Below, piece by piece: positions 36,026 to 49,632 of a DNA stretch of 64,000 nucleotides (positions within the stretch are counted from its first letter, which is position 1; each line of letters starts with the position of its first letter). The DNA lies in assembly GCA_030390025.1 (NCBI GenBank), contig CM059431.1, positions 96,722,001 to 96,786,000 of the forward strand. The letters run 5' to 3'. The translations under genes were made by a program, and so were the position numbers. The notes under the pieces were generated by a model. The model ran no database searches. It saw nothing but the letters and a program-made list of their open reading frames with translations, and was not told the origin of the DNA. Origin of the DNA: Squalus acanthias (taxonomy: Eukaryota).

Positions 36026-37233
36026 AATTAGTAACATACTAATTTATGTTTATGATATTTTCTTGAAATGCATTTCAGCGTAGTACTTTTCTCTGTTGGG
36101 CACTAAACTGAAAAACTGTATTGTACTAATGGGTGACCTTTTTTGTGGTAGGGTATAGTTTATATGTGACTTGTCATATCTCCTTATCATGTGAAATTCT
36201 GCAGCACCTTGTGTCTATCCGTGTAGGATGTGGCTTTACATGCTGCAATTTCGGACCCATCCAACCATCATCTTCACAATAATAAAATGATCCTTGTTTA
36301 CTTCTATCCTTACAAAAGATCACCATGAAAAATCTCCTTTTTAAAAAGTGCATGTGCAGTATTAGCTCTCATCTTCCCTCCCTGCACTGAATGTAAGACT
36401 ATCGCCTAGTGCAGTGAACATGGCATCAGCTAATCTTCATTTAGCAAGTAATTGCTTAAGAGCTGGGTACAAGAATAAATGTCTGATTCCTTATTCCAAG
36501 ATGAGTAGAGGGGGTAGGTTCTTCATCAAGGTAGGAAGAAGAAAGCCTTAGACTAGACTCTGGATAGGAACCTAAATATAAGAGTGGGCTCATGAGGGTG
36601 AAAGGCCTTTTCTTATTCCTACCTTATGTTTGTATGGTATTTCAGTTAATCCCTTATGAAGCCTAGTGTTTCATTCTACACTGATGTTCCAGCTCACTTT
36701 AATGAAAGCAAACTGTAGAGCAGAAGAACAAAAGTAGCTCAGTTTCCTGGTTTCATTGTTCTAGTGTGAGGAGATTCCAGGCAGAAACCGGACACCTCCC
36801 TGTTGTGGGTGAGAAACATTCGATTCAATGTTCACTGGAGCGTCCTTGCCTGTCTTCTGGTGGAGAAGCTGTCGCTCTTCCCAGTGTCTCAGCTGCAGGA
36901 GGTGTAAGACCCAGGGATGAACCTGTACATGGTTAGGAAACGGGTAGCATATAGAGGACAATAACTTAAGTCAAATCCTCAACCACAAGTTCAGTAGCTT
37001 GAATGGATTGTAATGGGAATAGAGTCTGGACTATAATTAAAGCATGCCGCAGTGCTCCTGACCTTTCACTAAAACTTCATGAAACATACTTTTGAAATTA
37101 GTGAAATACACAAATAACCTTTGAAAATCCAAGTTTCCTGGCACTTGTGATGTGTAGAATTGAAACTTTATAAACTTGTGGTTTACAGACTTTGAATATG
37201 AAATTTTCACCATGCTAATGTGCTCTCTTGCAG

Positions 37234-37301
37234 TGGTCAGGCAGAGAAGGGAGGCAGATGCTGCTTTGTTTTCAGAGCTTCACCGTAAACTGCAGTCACA
37301 G
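37234..37301 (+). CDS. TUBGCP3: TUBGCP3 exon 3
   Basis: MVRQRREADAALFSELHRKLQSQ; 68 nt; AG/GT. Confidence 0.97.
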
Positions 37302-38179
37302 GTAAGAATTAACCAAGTTCAGTTGTTGCATGGAAGAAAACTAGTGAGATGCATTCCTCCACGCCATCCCTGTACATGAGTGCCCAGTCTCGGATGCCTG
37401 TGCTTCATACATGTTGAGTTCTGCAGGGAACTGCATCTGCAAATATGCGTCCTACCACTTCTACCAGTGTTTTACCTGGAATGGAAGTAAGATTAATGGG
37501 TCTGTAGTTGCCCGTGTCTGTTTTGTAATCCTTTTTGAATATGGGTGCACCACATAACCTGTTTCCTATCTACTGGTACCTCTCTAGTGTCTAATGATTC
37601 CCTCACAAAGATTGCTAGCACCTCCCAAATCCCCTACTAGACTCCCTCAGCACTCTGGGATAAATACCATCTGATCTTGGGGATCTATCTGTTTTGAGCC
37701 CATTTTCCATGTCTAGCACTTCTATCTCGTTTATAATTAGGCTACTCTTATCTTTTGTGAACATGCTATACTCCAGTATGTTATATTACCGTTCCCTGGA
37801 GTTAGCCATATTTCTGATATTCTTACTACATTATAATTTACTTCTCTAATGCTATCTTAATATTCTTCACCAGTCTCTTTGTTGCCACTTGGTTTAGGTG
37901 CATGTATACCAGGGGATCGTTATCTTGCATCCCTCACCTATGCATTTTGAGGTGATCTTTGTATATGAGGCTTTTAAGGCCCCATCTTCTCTGGATATTG
38001 TTTGTCCCTTCATGGACTATACCACTGTGCCCCTACCCATCCCTTTCAGGATTTCTTCTAACCATTCTTCAATATTTACTGCTCCAGTTCGAGGTGCAAC
38101 ACTCACTGCCCTGTAGGTATTTTCTGTATGACACTTGTGGCTTTTCACTTTCCTGGGCGGAGTCCCCTATGACTTAGTA

Positions 38180-39840
38180 TCATGGAATGATACACTACAG
38201 AAGGAGGCCATTTGGCCCATCGTGCCTCTGCCAGCTCTTGGAAAGAACTTTCCAATTAGTCTCACTCCCCAGCTTTTTCCCCATAGCCCTGCAAATTTTT
38301 CCTTTTCAAATATTCGTCCAATTTTGAAAATTACTATTGAATCTGCTTCCACCACCCTTTCAGGCAGCACATTCCATATCATAACTCATCGCGTAAAAAT
38401 GTTTTCCTCATGTCGCCTCTGGTTCTTGTGCCAATTACCTTACATCTGTGTCCTCTGGTTACTGACCCTTCTGCCACTGGAAACAGTTTCTTTTTTACTC
38501 TATCAAAACCCCTCAAGATTTTGAACACCTCTATCAAATATCCCCTTAACCTTCTCTGCTCTAAGGAGAACAACCCCTGTTTATCTAGTTTCTCCATGTA
38601 ACTGAAGTCTTTCATCCCTGGTACCATTCTAACTAATCTCCTCTGCACCCTCTCTAAGTTCTTGACATCCTAAAATGTGGTGCCCAGAATTGGACACAAT
38701 ACTCCAACTGGGGCCTAGCTAGTGTTTGATAAAGGTTTAGCATAACTTCCTTGCTTTTGTACCTATGTCTCTATTTTTAAAGCCCAGGATCCCGCATGTA
38801 TTTTTAACATTTTTAACAGCCTTCTCAACTTGTCCTGCTACCTTCAAAGATTTGTGTATGTACACCCCCAGGACTCTCTGTTCCTGCACCCCCTTTAAAA
38901 TTGTACCATTTAGTTATTATTACTTTTCCTCGTTCTTCCTACCAAAATGAATCACTTCACACTTCACGGCATTAAATTTCATCTGCCATGTGTCTGCCCA
39001 TTTCACCAGTCTGTCTGTGTCCTCCTGAAGTCTGTTACTATCCTCTTCACTGTTTACTACATTTCCGAGTTTCGTGTCATCTGCAGACTTTGAAATGATG
39101 CCCTGTATACCCAAGTCCAGGTCAATAATATATTATCAAAAAGAGCAGTGATCCTACTACAGGTTGAGCGTCCAAAATCCGGAGTTCTGGAATGATCCGG
39201 ACTCCGGGACGATTGGTGGCCGGTTCATCCGGAATCCGTAAAATGTTCCGGAATCCGGAACTCCGGATTTTGGACGCTCAACATGTACTTCAAAAAGCCA
39301 TTAACTTTTGTCTTTTTTTTGGAAAAATCCTGTGAAAAATGTGAGTGATGCAATAAAACTTTAGTGTTGTATTTTATCCTCCTCAATCTGCACAGCTCCA
39401 CTAAGTGTTTCCGCCAGGCTGCGGCCACGGCATCACGCCGCCCTGGTGGCCTAGTGTGGGCCATCGGATGCTCTGCAGAGCTCGCAGCGTCCCTCCCCTT
39501 TAACAGAAGGGGAGGGGCGGAGAAACGCGTCAGCGCCACGCAGAGCGGCCCAGGCATTTCCGGACTCGGAGCGTGTTTCTGATGTCCGAAGTCCGGAAAC
39601 ACCCGAGCCCAGGTTGCGATATTTCCGGACTTTGGACATCAGAAACACGTTCCGAAGTCCGGAAAAACACGAAAACCGGCTCGGCCTCGGTCCCGAGGTT
39701 GCCAGATTCAGGACGCTCAACCTGTACCGACCCCTGTGAAACACTACTGTATACTTCCCACCAGACTGAAAAACCACTGCTCTCTGCTTTCTGTCCCTTA
39801 GCCAATTTCGTATCCATGCTGCCACTGTCCCTTTAATCCC
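38180..39840 (-). mobile_element. CR1 fragment interrupted by a MITE
   Basis: ISKSADDTKLG and QRRLVRMVPG ORF fragments. Confidence 0.8.
39160..39724. mobile_element. non-autonomous Tc1/mariner-pogo-type MITE
   Basis: TA|CAGGTTGAGCGTCC ... GGACGCTCAACCTG|TA; extra internal TIR ending at 39285. Confidence 0.85.
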
Positions 39841-42800
39841 AGCAGGTGAGTTGTTGACTTCTCTGGTTTTCTAGCTACCTTTTCTGTGACCTTATTTCCT
39901 TCTACATTGTTGAACATTGTCGGTTCCTGATTGTAATCTCTACATAGAGTTCCTGACCTTTCTTGCTACTTTTATCCACCTTTATCCACCTGTTGGCTTC
40001 ATTTCCTTGATTCTCTCCACACTCATCAATATTTCATGGTAATCAGATCCTGGGTTTACCAGTTTCCAGCTCTGATCCCTACTGATGTGCTCTCAACATC
40101 GAATGTAGCCCAGCCTTTTCACTGACCCATGATGACTCACTTACCAAGGCCAGTACTATCCACTAGTCCTCTATAATCCCCTCACTTTTGTCTGCACTTG
40201 TAAGTTTCTGTACCTTCCTCCCTAAAGCCATGAGTCTTTCCTTAAGCTGAAAGGTCAAAAGACAATTCTCGCATCTTTGTCCATTTCTCATTCATAAACA
40301 TCCTGCAGCAAATGTACCCCATCATCTCCATTCTTGTCATCTTCACTTATTGCCCCTTTTGATTTAGTGCACCCCAGGTGTCTCTGTTCCTGCACCCCCT
40401 TTAAAATTGTACCATTTAGTTTAGATTGCCTCTCCTCATTCTTCCTACCAAAATGTATCACTTCATACTTCTCGGCATTAAATTTCAACTGCCATGTGCC
40501 TGCCCATTTTACCAGTCTGTTCATGTCCTCCTGAAGTCTGTTACTATCCTCCTCATTGTTTACTACATTTCCGAGTTTCGTATCATCTGCAAGCCTTAAA
40601 AAAAATTCTTAAAGGGCTTGACAGGGTGGATGATGGGAGGATGTTCCGCGTGGCTGCGGAGTCTAGAACCAGGGGTCACAGTCTCAGAATGAGGGGTCGG
40701 CGATTTAGGTTTGCAGCACAAAAATTAGGCCATTCAGCCCATCGTGTCTGTGTGGCCCTTTGCTGAAGCAATTCAAAACTAATCCCACTGCCCTGCTTTC
40801 TTCCCCGTCACCCTATATATTCTTCAGCTTCTAATTTTTATCCAGTTGTTCCTAAAATGATGCAGTAGTCTCTGCCTCAACCACTCTGTGGTGAAACTTT
40901 CCAAGCTCCAACAACCCTCTTGGTAAAGAGATTTCTCCTAACCTCTTAATGATTTTAAATTGATGATCCACTCGTCACTGACTCACCAACCAGAGGGAAC
41001 AGTCTTTCTGTATTCAAGCTATCAAAACCCTTCCTAATTTAAAAAAACTCCTCTTGGCCTTCTCTGCTGCAGGGAAATAGTTACAATATCTCAAGTTGCT
41101 CCTCATATAGTTTCTCATCCCTGGCATCATCCTGGTGAATCCACGCTGTACATTCTCAATGGCTTTAATGTGCTTTCTATAATGGGGCGCCAGAGCTGCA
41201 CACGGTCTCTAACTGTGGCATTACCAATTTTTGTCCAAAATTATCACTTCTTTACTCTTGTACTTTGTGCTCCTATTTATAAAAAGCAAATGCTGTTGGC
41301 CTTTTTATAGCTTTATCTACCTGCACTCGCACTTTCAGGGAATTATGTATTTAAATCTCTAGGTCTCCCTGTTGATCCACACCCTTCAGCACCTTTCCAT
41401 GGAGTATATACCCACATTTGTTGTTTTTCCTCCCAGAGCACATTACCTCACACTGATCCACATTAAATTGTACCTACCATCTGTTAGCCCATTCTACTAA
41501 CCTGTTGATGTCGTCCTGAACTCTCTTACACTCTTTCTCGCTGCAAAATTCCCTGCTTTTGTGTTGTCAGTGATTTTGATATTGTGCTCCATATGCCCAC
41601 ATCCATATATACTGTTATGATCAGACTCGCCTTTCAATCCGTACCTCGTATTTTTGGGTAGTAATACAAAATAAATAACACACCATGCTCATCCACATCA
41701 GTGGGTTGTCCTACTGGACTTACCTAGATGGCTTTTCACTCTCCTCCACCATTTCTAATCTTTGCACCTCGGTGAAGACGCTCAGCTTTCCCTTTTAACA
41801 AACCTGATTGCCCTTGCAGCTTTCCTTTTTGGAAAAAACCTGTGTCCCTCTCTCTTTACCTCCCTTTGTTCACAGACAGGCAAAGGTCAGAGAGCTTTTC
41901 TAACACAATGGGCGCGAAGAGCCTTGTCATTGCCTAACCAAGCGAATAAATTGCTTATCGTTTAGTCTCCATCGGGAAACCACTTTCATTTAGCATATTA
42001 ACCATCTTTTATCTCTGCCTTTTTATAAAATTTGTGAAAATACACTTTTCTTTAAAAAAAAATTAAAAGTAACTCTCTTTCAAATCCTTCCTATGGAAAA
42101 ATGATCAAAAGCTCCTGAAATGCAACAAGGACCTAAAGCAGCAAGTGGGAAGAGCTTGTGCAGTGATGTGCTGTGAATTCTCTTGGTCCAATCTTGTTAT
42201 GGCATTCATATGCTGCAATGCCTCCGGTTCTGTTAAGTTTAAATTGCAGCTATTTTGGTGTCTCATGACCCATTTGTGCTCAGCTTACTAGGGAACACCC
42301 ATTGGCGTCCGGGTAGAGTCGCTCTTTGGAAATTGTGCTCTTAGGTTTTCATCGCCTACAATGCAAATAATGTAAAATTCAGGAATGCTAATTCAGGAAA
42401 TCTGTAATAAAACAGAAGAAAACCAAAAAGCTAATAGTGCAATTTTCTGTCAGAATCTGAAAAGTAGAAAAAAGCTGTTGAGGCTGGGGGTCGATTGAAA
42501 ATTCCAAAACTGAGATTTGTAGATTTTTGTGAGGCAAAGGTATTAAGTGATACGGCACCAAGGCGGATAGATTTCCTACGTTAAGGTGTTATATAAATGC
42601 AAGTTGTTGTAGATGGAGTTAAGATACAGATCAGCCATGATTTAATTGAATGGTGGAACAGGCTCGAGGGGCTAAATGGCCCTCTCGTGTCCCTATGTAA
42701 CAAGCTCGAGGGGCTGAATGGTTGTCTCCTGTTCCGAAATAACACAATATAGGAAATTGAGATCTCTTCACATTCTGACAGCTATTGAGTACTTGCAGTG

Positions 42801-43281
42801 TTTCTTTGGGCCTTTTTCATTCTTCACATATTATTTTATTCACCGTTTGAGCCTCTTACATTGTATGATCTTGCATGGAAAATTACGCCATGATTAACTT
42901 TTGTGTCCAGGTGGTATGATAATTTTTAGAAGTCCCTTGTGGCATTAAGTGAATGGGAGAGTTAGTTCAAGTACCAGAAATCATCGTTTGTTGGTGTTCA
43001 AACAGAGCTTCCGCCCTGCGACCCCAGCTTCCTTGAAGTGCTGTTGGCATCTTGGCCTTTTTTAGGTGACTGAATTGTGACAATGCCGTGTTATCAATGT
43101 TTGGAGAATTATCACAGATTGGCTGGAAATTACCTGCGCTTCTGCAAACAGCTACTTCTGTTTAAACATTTGGCTGCATTTTCTCCCTGTTACAGGTCTC
43201 TTCTGTTTTGTAATGGATTAGTTTCACAACTATCATTGAAATATTATTTGATTTAATAGATGTATTCTCTTCCACATATAG

Positions 43282-43359
43282 GGTATAATAAAGAACAGAT
43301 GGGCTGTACTCTACCTCCTGCTAAGCCTCAGTGAGGATCCACGTAAACCGCCGAGCAAG
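43282..43359 (+). CDS. TUBGCP3: TUBGCP3 exon 4
   Basis: [26 protein letters not shown]; 78 nt; AG/GT. Confidence 0.95.
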
Positions 43360-43559
43360 GTATCAGTGAAATTGTCCTCTGATCATTTGTATCAGCAATA
43401 ATCCGTCGGGGAACTATTAACAACCAGTTCAAACACCATTCATATCTGAAGAAATGGCTGGATTTAGATACTGGTACCTGGCTATAAAATTTATTATTCT
43501 AGTGTTAGAAAAAGTGTGTCTGAATTCATTGATTGTGATATCTGATGGTTACAAAGTAT

Positions 43560-44725
43560 TTACAGCACAGAAACAGGCCATTCGGCCCAACTGGTGCATG
43601 CCAGTCTTGATGCTCCACACGAGCCTCCTCCCACCCTACTTCATCTCACCCCATCAACATATCCTTCTATTCCTTTCTCCTTCGTGTACTTAACTAGCTT
43701 CCCCTTAAATGCATCTATGGTATTTGCCTCAACCACTCCTTGTGGCAGTGAGTTCCACATTCTCACCACTCTCTGGGTGAAGAAGTTTCTTCTGAATTCT
43801 GTATTGGATTTATTAGTGACTATCTTATATTTCTGGTCTCGCCCACAAGTGGAAGCATCGTCTCTACGTCTACCCTATTAAACCTTTTCATAATCTTAAA
43901 GACCTCTATCAGGTCACCACTCAGTCTTTTTTCTAGAGAAAAGAGTTCCAACCTGTTCATTCTGTCGTAATATGTATAACCTTTAAGTTCTGGTATCATT
44001 CTAGTAAATCTTTTTTGCACCTTCTCCAGTGCCTCTATATCCTTTTTATAAGATGGAGACCAGAACTGTTCACAGTACTCAAGTGTGGTCTAACCAAGGT
44101 TCGATACAAGTTTAACGTAACTTCTCTGCTTTTCAATTCTACCCCTCTAGAACTGAACCGCAGTGCTTTGTTTGCTTTTTTATGGCCTTATGTTTCTCTA
44201 CCCTATTTAGACACTTATTTTCCAAGGAATATGTGGTCTCCTTATTCTTCCTACCAAAATGTACTACCTCACACTTCTCTATATTGAAGTTCATTTGTCA
44301 ATTGCATGCCTATTCTGCAATTTTATTAATGCCTTCCTGTATTTTGTCTCAGTCCTCCTCTGTATTAACTACACTTCTCCCAATTTGGTGTCATCCGCAT
44401 ATTTTGAAATTGTACTTCTGATTCCCAAGTCCAAATCGTTTATGTAAATGTGGAAGAACAGTGGTCCCAGCACCGATCCTTGTGGAACACCACTTCCCAC
44501 CATTTGCCATCATCCATAAAGAAGTTTAACTTCTTTACCCAGAGAGCGGTTAGAATGTGGAATTCGCTACCACAGGCTGAGGCGAATAGTATAGATGCAT
44601 TTAAGGGGAAGCTAGATAAGTACATGAAGGAGAAAGGAATAGAAGGATATGGTGATGGGATGAGATGAAGTAAAGTGGGAGGAGGCTCTTGTGGAGCATA
44701 AACACCAGCATAGACCTGTTGGGCT
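43560..44725. mobile_element. two CR1 fragments in opposite orientation (43560-44510 on -, 44520-44725 on +)
   Basis: RT C-terminal and 3' UTR similarity to other CR1 copies. Confidence 0.8.
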
Positions 44726-45683
44726 AATCAATTCCATTAAAAGCAGGGAAAGTGAAGCGCCTTGCTCTGACACTCAGCCATACTTATACCTCAGTATGTC
44801 ACATTCAGTCTCCGTGTATAAATATGGTAGCATTATTTGGGAATTTTGGAAATGCATCACACATCCACTAGATACAATAGCCAATTGGGGGGAAAAAACT
44901 TTTAATGTGAGGTTTTTACATCCTTCAACTGAATTTAAAGAAAAACAAAGTATTATATTACACACATGGATTAAGATTTAAAACACTCCATTGTCTCCAG
45001 GTGTGGGTTTGCAGTTGTTTGTGTATGTTCAGGACTAGCCCTTACCACTGAAGAATTAGAGAACACTTTGTGCTGGAATCAAAAGTACCAGCATGACCAG
45101 GAAAGGGAAGCAGCTTTAGTGGAACAGAATTCTGTGGTTTGATCAAAATGACTTGTAGGTAGCTCCAAGTATTGAAGTTTGAGAGCAGAACTGCGAACAG
45201 ATGTTTCCTCTGCTGCTGGTCCTGCCAAATTCAAACAATGGTTCTGCCTGCTGAGAGAGGCAGAGGAGGAGGCGATCACAACAGTCAGGATACCAGTGTA
45301 GTACTGTACCTGTGACAGGTGCAGGTCACTTGAGAAAGTGAGAGGTCAGTGCTGGAGAGTTCAGGAAAAGGGGTCTGGGCTCGGAGCAGAGATCCCTACA
45401 CATTGAATCTTGATATGTTGAAGTTTTTGCTGAGCTTTGGGCTTCAATATTTAGAGACACCCCAGTATATTCGAGTTCTGTTTCAGGACTATCTGTGCAC
45501 TTGTTTGGTGTTCTGTTCTAAAACTGCTGGTTAGAAGCAACCTGGGATCAGACATTTGGTGTTGAACTGATGTGATGATCTGAATGGCACTGTGGACTGT
45601 GCACAGCAGCTCCCAGTCATCATGCCATTGCTGTCAAACTTCAGTTCATATCTGGGACTTGTAAGCAATGTTCCTGTTCTTAA

Positions 45684-46797
45684 AATAACAACAGAAAATG
45701 CTGGAAAAACTCAGCAGGCCAGGCAGCATCCGTGGAGAGAGAAACAGAGTTAACGTTTCAGGTCGAAGACCTTTCGTCAGAACTGGAAAAAAGCAGGAAA
45801 TGAAATAGACTTAAAGCAAGTATAGAGCAAGTATAAAGCTGGGAAAAGGGGGAGGAGATGAAAGAACAAAAGGAGAGATTAAGAGACATTGAGAGACATT
45901 AAGAGATAATCAAGGCAAGAGGAGGTGTTAATGTGACCGGTTGAGGCTAAATGAAGTGTGAAATGCACTGGCAGAATGAAGGACAGCTGCCAGCTTCTGG
46001 GAGGGGAAAAAAAAAGGGGTGGCCAAACAAAAGGGTGGATGAAAAAATAAAATATAAATGTGATAGGGGCCGAGGTTATGATCTGAAATTGTTGAAGTGC
46101 GGGAGATAGAACGGACACGGTCGAGGGCCGTGTCAACCACAGTAGAGGGGAATCCTCGGTTGAGGAAAAAGGAAGACATGTCGGAAGCACTGGTATGGAA
46201 GGTGGCATCGTCAGAGCAGATGCGGCGGAGACGGAGAAACTGGGAGAATGGAATAGAGTCCTTACAGGAGGCGGGGTGGGAGGAAGTGTAGTCCAGGTAG
46301 CTGTGGGAGTCAGTGGGCTTGCAGTGAATGTTAGTCAATAACCTATCCCCAGAGATGGAGACGGAGAAGTCGAGGAAGGGAAGAGTCGGAGATGGACCAT
46401 GTGAAGGTGAGGGAAGGGTGGAAATTGGAAGCATAGTGAATGAAATGTTCTAGTTCAGGGCGAGAGCAGGAGACGGCACGATACAGTCATCAATGTACCG
46501 GAAAAAGAGGTGAGGGAGGGGACCCGAGTTGGACTGGAACAAAGTGTTCCACATATCCCACGAAAAGGCAGGCATAGCTAGGACCCATGCGGGTACCCAT
46601 AGCAACACCTTTGATTTGGAGGAAATGGGTGGAGTCAAAGGAGAAGTTGTTCAATGTGAGAACAAGTTCAGCCAAGCGGAGGAGGGTGGTGGTGGATGGG
46701 GACTGGTTGGGCCTCTGTTCAAGGAAGAAGCGGAGCGCCCTTAGGCCATCCTGGTGGGGGATGGAGGCGTAGAGGGATTGTACGTCCATAGTGAAAA
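45684..46797 (-). mobile_element. Penelope-like element family 2 (RT fragment plus pLTR, internally deleted)
   Basis: DVQSLYASIP, QIKGVAMGTRMGPSYA and FRYIDD (PLE RT motifs); 14-bp TSD GTTCCTGTTCTTAA at 45670-45683 and 46798-46811. Confidence 0.92.
45748..45784 (-). ncRNA. minimal type I hammerhead ribozyme (Penelope family 2)
   Basis: AGUU-CUGACGA-A-AGGUC UUC GACCU-GAAA-CGUU-AACU. Confidence 0.82.
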
Positions 46798-47061
46798 GTT
46801 CCTGTTCTTAAGCTGCCTGTAGCTGGCAATTTTAAAGTTTAAAACACCACAGGTGACTGTACAACATGCGTTATAACCTTAAGATTATACACCCGTTCAC
46901 TGCAGCAAGTTTTAAGTAGTGGACTCTGGAAACTCTAGTTCACTGAATTTTAAATTTGCATTTTTTTATGTAGTTTTTTTTCTTACAAGTTTTTGCTGAT
47001 ATGGTTTTTAATTTTATACTATTGCTTCCTTGTCTAAAGCTCACTTATTCTGCTTTTCCAG

Positions 47062-47276
47062 GTTGCCAATTATGCAGCATTATTTGCTCAAGCGTTGCCA
47101 AGAGATGCTCATTCTACCCCTTACTACTACTCAAGGCCCCAAAGTCTGCCACTGACATACCCTGATAGGGCTCCCTCGTCTCAGAGTGCTGGCAGCATGG
47201 GAAGCAGTGGGGTTGGTAGCCTTAGTGTGTACGGCTTAAATGGACCAACGCCAACCCCTCAGTCTTTATTACCTGG
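47062..47276 (+). CDS. TUBGCP3: TUBGCP3 exon 5
   Basis: [27 protein letters not shown]...PQSLLPG; 215 nt; AG/GT. Confidence 0.96.
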
Positions 47277-48599
47277 GTAAGTAGTCTTCTGTTCTGTAAC
47301 TTAAAGTAAAATATGAATGTAAAATTCACCAGGATAATTGTGGAATCATTTCTGTGTAGTCAGTGTGACCTGAGTTTGCATCATCCTGGTACAGAGAGAA
47401 CTATCTGACCTGCTGCTGTCTGGACTTTCCTCCAGCGCTCCCTTGCTGGGAGTAGGGTGTTCATTGCTGACCCAGAATGGAAAGTTTTGAACCTGTGAAT
47501 TGTCTGAATGTTTCTCTTCTCCAGATTTATTGTGGGAGGTGATGACATCAGTCTGGAGAAGTTGCATATCATATGATTGTGTTTGTCACCAAAAGGCCAT
47601 TTGACTCACTGGAACGTGGTCTTACAAAGGTGGAGATACATCACAAGGCCGTGTGTGGCTCATCCTGTACCCAAATGTTACTGGAGGCTATGAGAAGGGA
47701 ACAAGTGGCAATAAGTAAGGCAAGCTATGATGGGCAGTACTTTGACAAACGGTATTAATAGCTGCAAATATTCACTCGTTGGAAGTGAGCTCAATCCTGA
47801 ATGCCATTCTAAAAGAATCCTCCAAACGTGCTTGTGTTTTGGGGGCGCTGTGAAAGTGAACTTGTGGTGGGCAGAGGGAGCGGAGACTTGGTTCTGATGG
47901 TGCCTCCTGATAAGTCTACACATTCCTTGCGCACACAGTTTTAATGCTTCTGATACCTTCAATAAGATGTGAAGGAATAGGTTCTTGCTTATATTTTCCT
48001 TACGGTAAGGTTCTTCCATTATGTGCCCTCTACAGATTTCCATCAGTAATCGATGTTGACTATAAGCTGTTGCAAATGTATGTTGAGCTTCTGATCAGGA
48101 TTCTTAGTGACATCTCTTTCATTTTTTTTTCCACTTCTCCTTCTCTTTTGCTCTCTTTCACCTTTCGTCAGGCTAGGCAGCTAAGCAGAGGTGCTGGGGA
48201 ACATGGGTGGGCAGGGGCATCGGTCTTACTGTGTCACAAGGGTGTAACTAAGTTGTGATAACAGGAAATAAACATGACAAACAGGAAGTCTCAAACATTT
48301 AAATATATAGGTATTTCTGATCTGGACACTGGCATGGGGCAGCATATGGAGCAGCGAGAGATACAGAAGCTATATCCGCATTCAAGATTACATTGGATAG
48401 GTGGATGAAGGCAAAGGGGGTGAAGGGATATGGAAATGGGACGGGTAAATGTGATTAGAACTGTTTACTCGTGTGGAGGGTAAACACTGACATGGACTGG
48501 TTAGGTTGAATAGCCAGTTTCCGTTTAGTAACAGCTACGTAATTCTGTGTATTTCCCCCTCCTCCTTCTAGTTGGTTTGTTCCCCAACCCCGATTCATA

Positions 48600-49125
48600 A
48601 TATAAGGAACAGGAGTAGGCCATTCGCCCCTTCCAGCCTGCTCTGCCATTGAGTAAGATCATGGCTGATCTTCTACCTCAAATCCACCTTCCCGCATTAT
48701 CCCCATATTCCTTGATTCCCTTAGTATCCAAAAATCTATCGATCTCTGTCTTGAATATACTCAACGACTCTCTGGGGTAGAGAATTCCAAAGATTCACAA
48801 CCCTTTGAGTGAAGAAATTTCTCCTCATCTCAGTCCGAAATGGCCGACCCCTTATTCTGAGACTGTGACCCCTAGTTCTAGACTCCCCAGCCAGGGGAAA
48901 CGTCCTCTCAGCATCTACCCTGTCAAGCCCCTTCAGAATTTTATTTGTTTCAATGAGATCTCGCCTCATTCTTCTAAACTCTAGAGAATATAGGCCTAAT
49001 CTACTCAGTCACTCCTCATCGGACAAGTCCTTTATCCCAGGAATCAGTCTAGAAAACCTACATTGCATTCCCTCTAAGGCAAGCATATCATTCCTTAGGT
49101 AAGGAGACCAAAACTGTATGCAGAT
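48600..49125 (-). mobile_element. CR1 3' fragment
   Basis: MRRDLIETNKILKGLDRVD... Confidence 0.85.
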
Positions 49126-49462
49126 TCATTCCCTTTCTCCCTTCTCCTCCTTCCCGGTTCGTGCCCTCTCTCCTCCTCTTCCCCAGTTTGTTGTCTCCCT
49201 CCCTCCTCCTCCTTGTATTTCCCCTTCATTTCTTCCTTAGCTTTAATTGTGCTTTCCTGATTGGATTCCCCTCTCTCTCTGAAAGTACATATACACAAAG
49301 TTTTGCGTGTACGGTCAGAATCCCAGAGCAGGTCTTCTGCAGCCTTGGTTCCAGTGATACTGAGTTGCACAATACTTACTGGCAAATAAGTAATGGGTTT
49401 TAAACGGGGCCAAATTCCTGTAAAATGTAACTTCTAATGAGGGTGTTTTTTATCTTGATCAG

Positions 49463-49632
49463 ACAAACGTACCAAACTACAGGAACGGCAGATACAATGA
49501 GGCAGCAGTTAGGATCGCGGTTTGCATGGGCTTTGTCTGCTGCTCAACCTCCATCATTATCTACCTCAAAGGGCCTTCCAAGCTCCACCTCTCGCAATAT
49601 GTCAAGGCTGAGACGTGAAGGAGAACTCGGCT
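49463..49632 (+). CDS. TUBGCP3: TUBGCP3 exon 6
   Basis: QTYQTTGTADTMRQQLGSRFAW...RNMSRLRREGELG; 170 nt; AG/GTGAGT. Confidence 0.93.
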
